The notes under the pieces are model-generated. The model ran no database searches. It was not told where the DNA came from and saw only the letters and a list, made by a program, of their open reading frames with translations. A DNA stretch of 63,792 bases, filler included, from Craspedostauros australis (lineage: Eukaryota): the NCBI GenBank assembly GCA_030167865.1. It is 10 parts of 10 records of this genome, joined end to end, with 100 filler letters (N's around TTAATTAATTAA, not from the genome) between each part and the next. Parts side by side here need not be neighbours in the genome. Positions count along the whole stretch, not along the records: positions 1 to 12,012 come from JALAGF010000601.1; 9 more parts are not named here. One strand, given 5' to 3'. This document shows positions 1 to 10,510 of the stretch, in pieces. Numbering within the stretch: the stretch's first letter is position 1; every line of letters starts with the position of its first letter. A program made the translations under genes and the position numbers.

Positions 1-711
1 ACAATCAGAGCGTCGTCTACAACACATCTGCACCCGAATCACAACTCAGGAAGAAGGCCAACGCAATTGCATATCACTTCGTTCGAGAGAATGTGGCTGC
101 TGGAGTGGCAACCATTCAGTATGAACCATCGGAAACCAATCTGGCTGACATGCTGACCAAGCCTCAGCTGGGACCACGAAGGAGAGAGCAAGCTCAGCGA
201 ATTCTCTTCTAATGCATCGAAGCTGCGCGACAGTACCCACCGGATGGTCTGCTGAGGAGTAACTCTTCAGTGGATGGGATGAGCGCCCTGTGGTGTCCTA
301 ATGTGAGGGCATGCAGCAGGTACATACCGTACGAGAAAGAGCGACAATGACAGCGAGAGAATGAGACGATCTGACGGAACCACAGCCACCGCATATCGAG
401 GGGACCAAGGAGACGCGAGCGTTATTTCGGTTAATTGGGCGTTAGACAGGGCATCAGCGGCTGAATCGTACGCAGCACAGTAGAGACCACGTCAGGGGTA
501 AATGGCTCATGCCTTGTGCTCATAATCAATCAGTTTCCCTTCGATTCCATGCCTTTCCCCGCAAGTAGAGTTTGCTCGTGTTGTCGTTGGTGTTGGTTTG
601 GGAGACTTTCGTCGAATCGTGTGCCTTTCTTTCAGTCGTGGCGCCAACTTGGCAACGTGGAAGCGTGCACTCGTAGCCTATGCACTCTCTCTAGAGAGTA
701 GACTCGCGACA
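1..711 (+). mobile_element. 3' end of a copia LTR retrotransposon (RNase H, PPT-like GAGGGGA near 398-404, probable 3' LTR)
   Basis: RNase H stop at 212, followed by a purine tract gagggga. The right boundary (..CA at 711) is a guess. Confidence 0.55.
3..212 (+). CDS. Ty1/copia (CoDi-like) polyprotein, C-terminal RNase H end (5'-partial)
   Basis: Frame 3, not in the ORF track, reads NQSVVYNTSAPESQLRKKANAIAYHFVRENVAAGVATIQYEPSETNLADMLTKPQLGPRRREQAQRILF*. DNxS...KKxxxIAYHFVRE...NLADMLTK is the copia RNase HI signature. Confidence 0.92.
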   Translation, partial: NQSVVYNTSAPESQLRKKANAIAYHFVRENVAAGVATIQYEPSETNLADMLTKPQLGPRRREQAQRILF

Positions 712-1508
712 TGTTCCTGCTGCATGTATCTGTCGCCTCTTACGACCAGAGAGAGAGAGCACGAGCAGATCACTCTGGGCGCGGTTTTGGCCTGTGCCAT
801 CCCACCCATGAATCCATAACCTGGGACATGCGGTACGGGTCCAACCAAATCCGCAAGGAGCTCGTCCTCTTCATATCCGAAACCTGGCTTTTGCGAGATC
901 TAGGCTTCGTTGTCTTCTGCTTCGCTTATAAAATCTCAGGAGTGGTCCTCCGGTGTTTCCCATGGCACCCTTGGTCTCGTTCTTTGCACCAGCCTCAGCT
1001 TTGGCCTTGGCCTCAATCTTTGTTTCGAAGATTTACTCGTATGTGTGAACGAAACAGAGGATGCGATGGGGGATTTCTTTCCCACTCGCAGCTAGGAAGC
1101 GGATGTTTCATCATTAGTTCGCGTAGCTTCCTGCTTTTGTCGGAGCGCATCAAGTTGTTTGCACATGGATGACATGGTGGTGAATGGAAGTGGCCGGTAA
1201 AAGTGAATGCGGACTGCTATACTCGTACGTTGTGGTGAGAGATGTCGCCGAAGCGAAGTGGATGTATAATATAATACCATAGCGCAAGATACGCTCTCAT
1301 CAATCCATCAAGCCATCAATGGTACGAGTGCAACAAAAACCCACTGCAAAAGAACGGAGGCCAGCGCGTGGCATGCAAGCATATGAAGCTATAATGCATC
1401 GGTTGGCACGGATGGCGATGGGCTGGAATACGACGCAAGGCAGAGTAATGCTGCACCATACTCGTCGAGAATGAACGGAGAGGAGAGTGGAATAAATTGC
1501 TCCCTGAC

Positions 1509-2717
1509 TTATACATCTGGCTTGATGACGACAGTCGAGTCCATGTAATCCGGATCGAACGGATCGTCCTTGCCAAGAGGCATGAACTCTTCGTATCCAG
1601 ACTCGCCGGTTCCGTCAATCTCCGCGTCGTATTCGAAAGTGGGGAGCGGTGGTCGTCGCAGGGATCCGAGGACCTTGTCCGTGCGCCACAGCGGACGCTT
1701 GACGGCATCGCGGATCTCCACGAACTCGCCCTTGTTGCCTGGCACGTCGCCGCGGATGTAGATGAGGTCGGCGCCTCTGTCGATCTTGATGATCTTCATG
1801 TTCTGGCGGGTAGCCCTCTTGCCGCCCATGCGACCGGCCATCTTCTTTCCCTTGAAGACCCTTCCTGGATCTTGACACTGACCGGTGGATCCCAGGGCGC
1901 GGTGGCTGAGGGACGTACCGTGACTTGCTGGCATACCGGCGAATCCGTGGCGCTTCATGGCTCCCTGGAATCCCTTTCCCTTGGTGATGCCGCTGATGTC
2001 GACGTTCTGGCCGGGCACGAAGTGACGCGCGTGGATCTGCGTTCCCAAGGGCAGCAGATGGTCCTCGTCCGTGACTCTGAACTCCCGGATGAGATGCGGC
2101 GTTCTTCCGCCGAGCTGGGTGACGTGGCTGTACTGATTCTTGACGTTCCTTGCGACGTTCTTGGCCTTGCGCTCGCCGGCGGCCACCTGCACCGAGATGT
2201 AACCGTTCTTGTCCTGCGTCTTGCTTCCGATGACGATGTTGCGATCCAGCCACAGCACGGTGCAGGGATGTCGCTCGCCCCAGTCGTCCCAGACGGGCAT
2301 CATGCCCACCTTGATGGCGAGGGCGCCGCACCGCTTGTCGCGCAGCGTCCAGAGCGGGTCGTTGGCGTACTTCTCCGGGATCAGCTCGCGCTCGAAGGTT
2401 TCCAAGTCGTAGGTCTTGATGAGCGGCCGCTTCCTCTGGCCCGGCTTCCAATCTGGGTACTCCTTCGCTTTGGCCTCCTCCTTCATCTTGCGATCTTCCT
2501 CCTCGATGATCTTCCGCACTTCCTCTTCCGTCATCTCAGTGCCTCCGCCGCTGTAAATGATCTTGGGCAGGACGGTGGACGACGAGTAAGACCGCATGAT
2601 GGCTGCGCCGGCTCCTGGTTGTGCCCTGTTTGCCGCCATCAGACGGTTGCCAGCGTGGAACGAACTGCTGTTGCGCGCAGCCACGGCGCGTGCCAATCGG
2701 CCCGTTGAGCTCCACAT
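1509..2717 (-). CDS. MRPL3: Mitochondrial large ribosomal subunit protein uL3
   Basis: uL3 motifs GALAIKVGM, VDISGITKGKGFQGAMKRHGF, HGTSLSHRALGSTGQCQDPGRVFKGKKMAGRMG. The ATG at 2717 starts an Arg/Ala/Ser-rich mitochondrial-type presequence (MWSSTGRLARAVAARNSSSF). Confidence 0.93.
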   Translation of the reverse strand: MWSSTGRLARAVAARNSSSFHAGNRLMAANRAQPGAGAAIMRSYSSSTVLPKIIYSGGGTEMTEEEVRKIIEEEDRKMKEEAKAKEYPDWKPGQRKRPLIKTYDLETFERELIPEKYANDPLWTLRDKRCGALAIKVGMMPVWDDWGERHPCTVLWLDRNIVIGSKTQDKNGYISVQVAAGERKAKNVARNVKNQYSHVTQLGGRTPHLIREFRVTDEDHLLPLGTQIHARHFVPGQNVDISGITKGKGFQGAMKRHGFAGMPASHGTSLSHRALGSTGQCQDPGRVFKGKKMAGRMGGKRATRQNMKIIKIDRGADLIYIRGDVPGNKGEFVEIRDAVKRPLWRTDKVLGSLRRPPLPTFEYDAEIDGTGESGYEEFMPLGKDDPFDPDYMDSTVVIKPDV

Positions 2718-3220
2718 CTTCTTGGCCTCGTTTCGACGATGCAGGTTGCAGGAGTTGCGATACTGTGATGTTAGTCGTACAGTGGCGCCGGTGCGCTTGC
2801 TTGTGGAATACGATCGACAAGTATGGCCTAAGTTGGCTACGACTATCGTAGGCACCACACCACCGTCAGGATGCAGCTCGAGAGTGCGGATGGCGCACAA
2901 GCAGAGACGACGACAGCGGTTCCACATCAGCCATGGTAGGTACTTGTCGTCGCGTGTTTTGTTGTTGTGGATGAGATCTGACACGGACGCCGGAGGGACG
3001 AAACTGTGACAAAATAATCATATTTGTGGAATGGCGCAAAACCACCAAAAAGTTTCAGAACAAAACATCAACCAACACATCAGCACATCGGATGCATGCC
3101 TGCGTCTCTGTTGCGTGGTCGCCATTACTCGACCTCAGCTGCGCATAATTCATCGAAGGACCACAGAATCGGAATAAACGAGACAATCTCCATACACAAT
3201 ACAATATAATACGATACAAC

Positions 3221-6200
3221 ATGGTGGTTCTCGTCGCAATGGTTCAGAAATCCGTCACGGAACATCGCGATCGGCATGTGGCTCGATCGCCACCTCCATG
3301 CACCCGTCCTAACGCAAGGAAGCGCCCTGCATCCTTCGTGGTTCCTTTCCTCGTCATGTGCGTGGCATGGAGAACGAGCGTTCCATCCACCCATGCCTTC
3401 ATTCCATCGTCGTCATCGGTGGCTCGTGGAAGAGAGGCCATCCGAACGACGACGACCACGCACAAGCGGCTATTCGTCACATCCACCGCGCACCGCCGGA
3501 CACTTCTGACGCTCGAAGCGCGGTTGGCGGATGGCGATGACTATGCACAACAAGACAGTACCAACACGGATGATAGTGTCCTCACCACTGACGCCAGCAG
3601 CAGCAACAATGACCGCAGCGCAACGTTCATGAATTCTTTGCTCTCCTACTTTTTCAATTTCAAACGATTGCAGTCATCGCAGGATCGTCGAGGCGTATCT
3701 GCAGCAGCAAAGTCGCTGGGTCACTTTCTGGACGACCAGCGATATGACGCATCGCATCTGATACAAAACAGAGGCGACGGAGGTGCTATTGCTGTGGGTG
3801 GTGATACCAACGACGGTATCCGCGACCATTCCACCCACCATGCTCACCATCGTCACAATCGTCAGCATCAGCAGCATGAGCAACAGCACCACCATCAGCA
3901 ACAGCATCGTCAGTTCGAACAGATCATGGAACTGGATGAGATGCTATCCAGAACACTATCGCTGGCGTTCCGCGTCCTGGCCGACATCGATGACTTCAAG
4001 TCGATCCAGATGCTGCTGGATGCCTCCATCCGCTATGCCGACAGCAACCGCGTGCTGACGCCGAGACTCTTCGGTGAGGCCATACATTGCATATCCCAGA
4101 CAAACGCCAGTCTCTCAAAAATAAAACGAGTGTGGTCGCTGGTATCCACCGAGGAGGCCACCGCGTACCTCACAGCGCAGCCTTCATCGCTGGAGCTCAA
4201 CGCCATCCTTCAGGCTGTGGCATCGCAAGGCAGCATCGGCAGCTGCCTCAACATCCTCGCACGTCACGAACGCCGCTACTCCCGCCCATCGGACTTCGAC
4301 ACGAACGACTACGTGTCGATATTGCCGGACTCGTACACGGTCGTCATTGCATTGAACGCGTTAGCTAAGTCCATCACTCCTGAACAACCTGCGGCGCGTG
4401 ACGCGACAGCGGTGCCATCGTTGGCAGAGTCAATGTCGTCTTTGAGTTCTGTTTCCACGAAGGACATCCACCCAGGATCGTCGTTGTTTCAGAAACTGAG
4501 AGCAATCACATCGCAATCGGCAGAATCGTGCTGGCAATGGAAAGAGGCGCTCAAGTTGATCCGCATCATTGAAAATGATGAAAACAAACACGACGGGGTT
4601 GAGAAAAGCGAACTCCTCAACAACTACGGGATGGCGGCACTGCTCGATCTCAACATCCGCGTTCCCCAGCAAGTCGACGGCCACGACAGCGCAGCCGTTG
4701 CTGACGTCGTTATGAATCACATGATGGCCAATGACATCACGCCAGATGTGGTCATCTGCACGTCCATCATCAAGGCGTACGGGAACGCAAAGTCAGGACA
4801 CGACGCCTTCGACAGCATGATGCGTCTGCTCAACACGATGATCAACGATCCCAGCTACCCCAAGCCCAATGCCTTCACGTATTCTGCCGCCATCGCAACT
4901 TGCGGCAAGCTTGATCGAGCGCAGAAGGCAGTAGAATTGCTGCGCAGCATGACGCGCGGTTCGCAGTCTCAGACGCAGCAGCCTGATTCCTTCACGCCAC
5001 CGCAACCCAATGCCTGGGTGTACAACAACGCATTGACGGCCATCCAGAAATCGTCCACGACACCGCCCGCCAGACGCAAGCGTCTGTCCCTGGAAATCTT
5101 GGAAGAGATGATACAGAACAGCAGCGACGAACACAGGGTTGATAGTAGGAATTGTGCTCCTAATGTGGTGACGTTCGGTGCCATTCTATCTACTCTGGCA
5201 TCATCAGAATTGAAGGGTGACGATTCTCTCGTCTTCGACCTCCTGGCCAAGATGGGATCGATAAACGTGCCCAACAATTCTTTCACGTACCGCAATGCCT
5301 TGCTGGCATTGTCAGAATCGGACAATGTCATGCAGGTGTTGGCGGAGGCCTTGGACGAAGCTGACCAGGATGATCGCATCGCGCGTTCCTTGGATATCCC
5401 ATCTCTCTTCCGTGCATCTTTCACGTCAATCGCCACGAACGGCGATGTTGATGCCTTTCGGAAAGGCTTGGAGCAGATGGAGGATTGCGGCATTCCGATT
5501 GATAGAAGGACTGTCTCCCTTCTGTTCAAGACGATACTAGTCCTCGATCCCAGCTGTTTACCGTTGGTTCTGAAGGCGTGGGATGGAGATGATGACCTCA
5601 CCGATGATGAGAAAACGAAGTTGGAATCAAGAGGGTTGACGAATATCACCGAATTCATCAAGCCGCTGCAGTTCGCGGAGTACGAGATCTCCATCTTGCT
5701 GGCTCTGGGTCAAATGGAGGTGGACGTAGCACAAGATCTTCTGACGGTGATGAGGCAACAAGGCCACACACCTTCCAAAAGGTCCATGGAGAAGTTCGCC
5801 ATGGCATTCTCCATTTGCGCGACGGATACGTCACGCAAACACAAGCAAGATGTGATGAGCTCCAAGAATGCTCATTCCAAGGACATCACGCTGAGCCAAC
5901 GGTATGCCAAGAACGCGTTCAACATCGTCATCGCACTCGATCCAACTCCGTCAACACGCATCGTCGGGTCTGTCATCAAGGGATGCGCATCCGCAGAGCT
6001 GTGGTACGAAGCAAGAAAGGTATTGAGTCTGTTGCATGACCAGGTTCTCAACACGGTAACGCCGAAATCTCCTGATACTGCAAGCATGACTGACGAAACC
6101 ACAGATGCAAGCGCAAGCGCAAAGACGAACACAGACACAGACACAAGCTCCATCGCTAGCACAAGTATCAGCGACAGCAGCACAACTGGTGCGGGAATGT

Positions 6201-7624
6201 TGACATCCAGCAAGGATCTGGAGATGGTATCCAACGTCCATAGGACCATTCTGCGACAGTGCGCCCAGCACGGCAACGTCAAGGCTGCGTTGCGATTCGT
6301 GGAGGATATCCAATACCTTTCGTTGAGACTGCGGCGCAAATCGGAAAAGATCCGATCTGGTGATAGCGACAATGACAGCGACAGCAGCGATGTGGCGGCA
6401 GAAGCAGCGCTTGTCACTGCAGCAATCATGGATTCCGAGACGTCCGCCATGCCGCTGTACGGCAGTGTTGATGCCGATGACAGTCCAGACACACTGGCGA
6501 ATGGAGACTTCGTTGATGCTGTCCGGTACTCGGCGAGCATGAGAGCCGAGGATTGGATGCAGGTCACCATCGCTGCGTCCAAGTCCGGCAATTGGCGGGT
6601 CTGCATCAACTCGTTGCAATTCATACGGCCGTTCTTGCAGAAGACGAATCCAGCGGAGGCTGAAACGGCCGCCGACCGCAGCCTGTTCCTTGCCAGGTAC
6701 CAGCAGATCAGCATGGCGTTGATCAGCGCCTCGCGGTGCCTGGAACGGCGGTCCCAGTACGGATGGACCGTGCGCACAATCGATGACTGGATGGAGTGGA
6801 GCGGGCGCCGCCCCCCACACGAAGCGGTGCTTTCGGCGTGCCGCGTTTTGAGCGCACGTGACAGCGGTGAGGAGACGCTGCAGCTGGTCACGAGAGCGCT
6901 GGCGCAACCGAAGGACACCATCGTGATTTCGAAGCGATTCACCTACGAGGAGCGGTTGTACGTCGGTGCCATCTCGGCGCTGCATCGCAATGGACTGTAC
7001 GATGAGGCCGATGAATTGTTCGAGTCGGGATTGTCTGATGGCCATCTGACGTTGCAGATGGAAGACAAGGGGGATCACTTCGAGGTCGATCTGCACGGAT
7101 TGAACGTTGCGATGGCGCATTGCGCCGTCCGCGTTGCTATGCGACGGCAGTACGTAAAGTCTCCTGACAATGATGCTGACGGTGTGGAAGCCACAGACTC
7201 TGCTGATGCAACATGCAAGGACATGATCGTGGTCACGGGACGCGGAAGACATTCCGCCCTGTCGTTGAAGCCGGTGCTGCGACCGGAGGTGCAACGCATG
7301 CTGCTGGAGGAATTTTACCCGCCTCTGAACACCATGTCCGTTCCCAGCAACATGGGTGCGTTGAAGGTGATGGCAAGCGACATTGAGGCATGGCAGAACA
7401 ACCAGAGTCGGCAGAAGATCGCACGTCTGCAAACGGTAGCGTCTGTGCTGAAGAATCTCTCATCAGTCAGCCGCATACAGCGCACGATCGAGATTGCAGC
7501 GGCAGGTCAGCTAACACCAGATACGACAGAACCCGCCGAGGGTGCAGAATCGGAGCATGGCGACAATGACATCAATGACAGTGAGAATCCTGCGCTCCAA
7601 GACAAAGACGAGGATGACGTGTGA
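3221..7624 (+). CDS. Pentatricopeptide-repeat protein with C-terminal Smr domain, probably plastid-targeted
   Basis: 1467-aa ORF. PPR-type motifs ITPDVVICTSIIKAYG, PNAFTYSAAIATCGK, PNAWVYNNAL, PNVVTFGAIL. C-terminal Smr motifs EVDLHGL...MIVVTGRGRHS...NMGAL. A hydrophobic signal is followed by THA-FIP (ASAFAP-like). Confidence 0.85.
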   Translation: MVVLVAMVQKSVTEHRDRHVARSPPPCTRPNARKRPASFVVPFLVMCVAWRTSVPSTHAFIPSSSSVARGREAIRTTTTTHKRLFVTSTAHRRTLLTLEARLADGDDYAQQDSTNTDDSVLTTDASSSNNDRSATFMNSLLSYFFNFKRLQSSQDRRGVSAAAKSLGHFLDDQRYDASHLIQNRGDGGAIAVGGDTNDGIRDHSTHHAHHRHNRQHQQHEQQHHHQQQHRQFEQIMELDEMLSRTLSLAFRVLADIDDFKSIQMLLDASIRYADSNRVLTPRLFGEAIHCISQTNASLSKIKRVWSLVSTEEATAYLTAQPSSLELNAILQAVASQGSIGSCLNILARHERRYSRPSDFDTNDYVSILPDSYTVVIALNALAKSITPEQPAARDATAVPSLAESMSSLSSVSTKDIHPGSSLFQKLRAITSQSAESCWQWKEALKLIRIIENDENKHDGVEKSELLNNYGMAALLDLNIRVPQQVDGHDSAAVADVVMNHMMANDITPDVVICTSIIKAYGNAKSGHDAFDSMMRLLNTMINDPSYPKPNAFTYSAAIATCGKLDRAQKAVELLRSMTRGSQSQTQQPDSFTPPQPNAWVYNNALTAIQKSSTTPPARRKRLSLEILEEMIQNSSDEHRVDSRNCAPNVVTFGAILSTLASSELKGDDSLVFDLLAKMGSINVPNNSFTYRNALLALSESDNVMQVLAEALDEADQDDRIARSLDIPSLFRASFTSIATNGDVDAFRKGLEQMEDCGIPIDRRTVSLLFKTILVLDPSCLPLVLKAWDGDDDLTDDEKTKLESRGLTNITEFIKPLQFAEYEISILLALGQMEVDVAQDLLTVMRQQGHTPSKRSMEKFAMAFSICATDTSRKHKQDVMSSKNAHSKDITLSQRYAKNAFNIVIALDPTPSTRIVGSVIKGCASAELWYEARKVLSLLHDQVLNTVTPKSPDTASMTDETTDASASAKTNTDTDTSSIASTSISDSSTTGAGMLTSSKDLEMVSNVHRTILRQCAQHGNVKAALRFVEDIQYLSLRLRRKSEKIRSGDSDNDSDSSDVAAEAALVTAAIMDSETSAMPLYGSVDADDSPDTLANGDFVDAVRYSASMRAEDWMQVTIAASKSGNWRVCINSLQFIRPFLQKTNPAEAETAADRSLFLARYQQISMALISASRCLERRSQYGWTVRTIDDWMEWSGRRPPHEAVLSACRVLSARDSGEETLQLVTRALAQPKDTIVISKRFTYEERLYVGAISALHRNGLYDEADELFESGLSDGHLTLQMEDKGDHFEVDLHGLNVAMAHCAVRVAMRRQYVKSPDNDADGVEATDSADATCKDMIVVTGRGRHSALSLKPVLRPEVQRMLLEEFYPPLNTMSVPSNMGALKVMASDIEAWQNNQSRQKIARLQTVASVLKNLSSVSRIQRTIEIAAAGQLTPDTTEPAEGAESEHGDNDINDSENPALQDKDEDDV

Positions 7625-7786
7625 CACAAAGTAATACACTAGCAGGAACCGAGGATGGTACTCTCTAGACATAGTTAGCTGGACACTTTCTCGTAGCACC
7701 TTGCACTCCTCCAATTTGTGTCGACTCGCACGAGAACTTGATTGTTTTGCCAGCTAACATCGCTCTCCATCACACATCACTTGACA

Positions 7787-8554
7787 TCACTCGAGCTTGA
7801 TACCAAAAATATCCTGCCACAGCTCTTCTTCCTCTGGGATGCCCGTCGTCCCGTGCTTGCCGAATCCATCCTCCATGGGTGCGAGGTCTGGCAACTCCTT
7901 GCGCAGCAACGCCATCAAGGCTTCGTAGATCAGCTCGTTGCCGCTGTTCGAGAGGTGAAGACCATCGCTGAGGTGCTTGCCGTACTCACTGACCGGCCCA
8001 TCGCCGCCCAACGCCTTCCAGGTATCGACGCAGTAGCAGTTCTCAGTGTCCTGCGCGATGGATTGCGCGGCCAATCCGTACTCGCGTGCCCGGACGTTCG
8101 TGCGGCAGCAGTAGTCGATTTCCCGCCATGCCTTCCAGGCATTGTCGTCCAACGGTGGCGGCGTCATGAGGATGATGGGGAACGGCGGCGAGGATGCCGT
8201 TTGCTCTCGAATCATGGTGATCAGCTTGCGGACGTTGGATTTGTAGGTGTCGAGAGGGACGTGCTGCGGTTCTGTAGCGATGGAGGCATCGTTGGCACCG
8301 AAGAAGAGTGTGCAGAACAGCACCTTGCTGCTGCTGCTGCTGCTGCTGCTAGCATCCTCCTTCTGGAAGACCTTGGGAATGAGATCGATGGCAAGGTTCG
8401 TGTTGTATCCGCTGAATCCGCGATTGATGACATCCGCGCGTCGCTGGTACGAAGACGACAGCAGCGACCCCCAACCGTACCCGCCAGCCTCGCCGAACGA
8501 GAGTTGGGTGATGGAATCACCAAACAGAATGATCGTGGGTCTCATGCGTGCCAT
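7787..8554 (-). CDS. IAH1: SGNH/GDSL hydrolase, isoamyl-acetate-hydrolysing esterase 1-like
   Basis: Blocks LFGDSITQ, DVINRGFSGYNT, FFGANDA, SDGLHLS. First ATG at 8554. Contains a poly-Ser run from an (AGC)n repeat. Confidence 0.9.
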   Translation of the reverse strand: MARMRPTIILFGDSITQLSFGEAGGYGWGSLLSSSYQRRADVINRGFSGYNTNLAIDLIPKVFQKEDASSSSSSSSKVLFCTLFFGANDASIATEPQHVPLDTYKSNVRKLITMIREQTASSPPFPIILMTPPPLDDNAWKAWREIDYCCRTNVRAREYGLAAQSIAQDTENCYCVDTWKALGGDGPVSEYGKHLSDGLHLSNSGNELIYEALMALLRKELPDLAPMEDGFGKHGTTGIPEEEELWQDIFGIKLE

Positions 8555-8875
8555 CTTTTCCAAACTCCAAATCTAATTGTGAGTCAACAGTTCAACAGTT
8601 CAACAGTTCAATAGCTACAATACGAGAAAGTAGAGTGCTGGTGGAGTGATGTGGCTCGTATGGGTCGCAGTGCTTGCGTTGAGATGGTTTGGTATCTGCA
8701 AGGCACGGGAAAAACGTTGAAACACGACTCCAAGTGCACATGACCAGTACGACCCCCTGTCAATGAGGAACGACAGTGATAGACTACACGACTCGATTGA
8801 TTGAACCACATGTTTGTCTTTAACGTCTATAACGCTTATTGGTTTGAAAAACGAACACCGAGCCCTGAATAGAAA

Positions 8876-9090
8876 TTCAATGAAAGTAATCACGATTCAA
8901 TGAAAGTAATAACGTTTCAATGAAAGTAATAACGTTTCAATGAAAGTAATAGCGTTTCAATGAAAGTAATANCGTTTCAATGAAAGTAATAGCGTTTCAA
9001 TGAAAGTAATCACGATTCAATGAAAGTAATAGCGTTTCAATGAAAGTAATGACGTTCCAATGACAGTGATGACGTTCCAATGAAAGTAAT
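8876..9090. repeat. 20-bp tandem repeat, about 11 units, TTCAATGAAAGTAAT + 5 variable nt; probable transposon subterminal repeat
   Basis: Exact 20-bp period read directly from the sequence. It lies immediately upstream of the transposase reading frame. Confidence 0.9.
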
Positions 9091-9389
9091 GTCGCACCAA
9101 GATCCAACGACAAAAATCATGGCTCGCAGGTTCCCACCAAGACTAAATCTGGTCGTATCAAGCTCAGGCTGGATTCGCGCTGATTCCAAACAACGCGAAT
9201 TTGGCGCTCGTCAACAAACAACTCGCCGAGACGCCGACATCTCAAAGAGAAAAGAACCAAGAAGAGCAATCAAGGAGTCAACCACCCTGTTGACCTCCCA
9301 ATGATTCAACAGAGGAACAGTCCAACAAGTACAGGAGGGAGGAACCAAGCAGCTATCAACACCAGCAAGCAGCAACAAGCCCAGCATCA

Positions 9390-10510
9390 GAGGAAACAGC
9401 CAACACAACGAGCAGCAGGCCAATTTCCCAATCATCCAACAAAGGATCAGGTCAGCAAGGCAACCTGCCAGCAGAGGCAGCAGCCAACACAACAAACAGC
9501 AGGCCAATTTCCCCATCATCCAACAAAGGGGAAGCTCGGCAAGGTAACCTGCCAGCAGAGGCAGCCAGCAAGGAGAACAATCAGCCAATTCCCCAAGCAT
9601 GCAACGAAGAGGCAGGTTGGCAAGGCAACCTGCCAGTGGAGGCAGCAGCAACCACAACAAACAGCAGGCCGATTTCCGCATCATCCATCAAAGGAGCAGA
9701 TCGGAAAGGCAACCTGTCAGAGGAGGAGCACAGCCGACCGATTCGCCAAGCACCCAACAAAGGAGCAGCTTGGATAGACAACCCACCAGCAGAGGAATTG
9801 GCCAACGTGAAGAACAGCTGGCCAATTCTTCAATCATCCAACAAAGGGGAACCTCGGCAAGGCAACCCACCAGCGGAGGAAGCAGCCAACGAACATCACA
9901 ACCAACTGATTCGCCAGGCATCCAACGAAGGGGTAGATTGGAAAGGCAACCTGCCAGTGGAGGCAGCAGCCAATGCAACAAACAGCAGGCCAATTTCCCC
10001 ATCATCCAACAACGGAGCAGATTGGAAAGGCAACCTGCCAGAGGAGGAGCACAGCCAACCAATTCGACAAGCATCCAACAAAGGAGCAGCTTGGATAGGC
10101 GACCCACCAGCAGAGGAATCGGCCAACACAAAGAACAGCTGGCCAATTCTTCGATCATCCAGCGAAGGAGCAGATCGGTGAGGAAACATGCCAGCAGAGG
10201 AAGCAGTCACCAAGGAGCGCAAGTGACCGATTTGCCAAGCATCCAACGAAGGGGCAGGTTGGCAAGGCAACCTGCAAGCAGAGGAGCACAGCCAACCGAT
10301 TCGCCAAGCATCCAACAAAGGAGCAGCTCGGATAGGCAACCCACCAGCAGAGAAATCGGCCAATGCGAAGAACAGCTGGCCAATTCTTCGATCATCCGAC
10401 GAAGGGGAACATCAGCAAAGCAACCCACCAGCAAAGGAAGCAGTCACCAAGGCGCGCAACTGGCCGATTTGCCCAGCATCCAACAAAGGAGCAGGCTGGC
10501 AAGGCAAAAT
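9390..10510 (+). repeat. Coding tandem repeat of 14 units, with spacings of 84, 81 and 69 bp
   Basis: CATCCAAC-like anchors at 9433, 9517, 9598, 9682, 9751, 9835, 9919, 10003, 10072, 10156, 10240, 10309, 10393 and 10477. Translates as IQQRxRLxRQPxSxG repeats. Confidence 0.92.

Noticed and set aside
711..1172. Protein-coding gene between the LTR and MRPL3
   Set aside because: The plus-strand ORF has no motifs, and minus-strand coding-like stretches are broken by stops. At most an unassignable relic.
8876..9090. CRISPR-like repeat/spacer array
   Set aside because: The variable parts are only 5 nt and recur, there are no cas genes, and the context is a eukaryotic transposon.
9211..10434. Overlapping ORFs in other frames and strands of the 84/69-bp array, or a programmed frameshift
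   Set aside because: All unit lengths are multiples of 3, so several frames stay open. The transposase frame explains the region without any shift.
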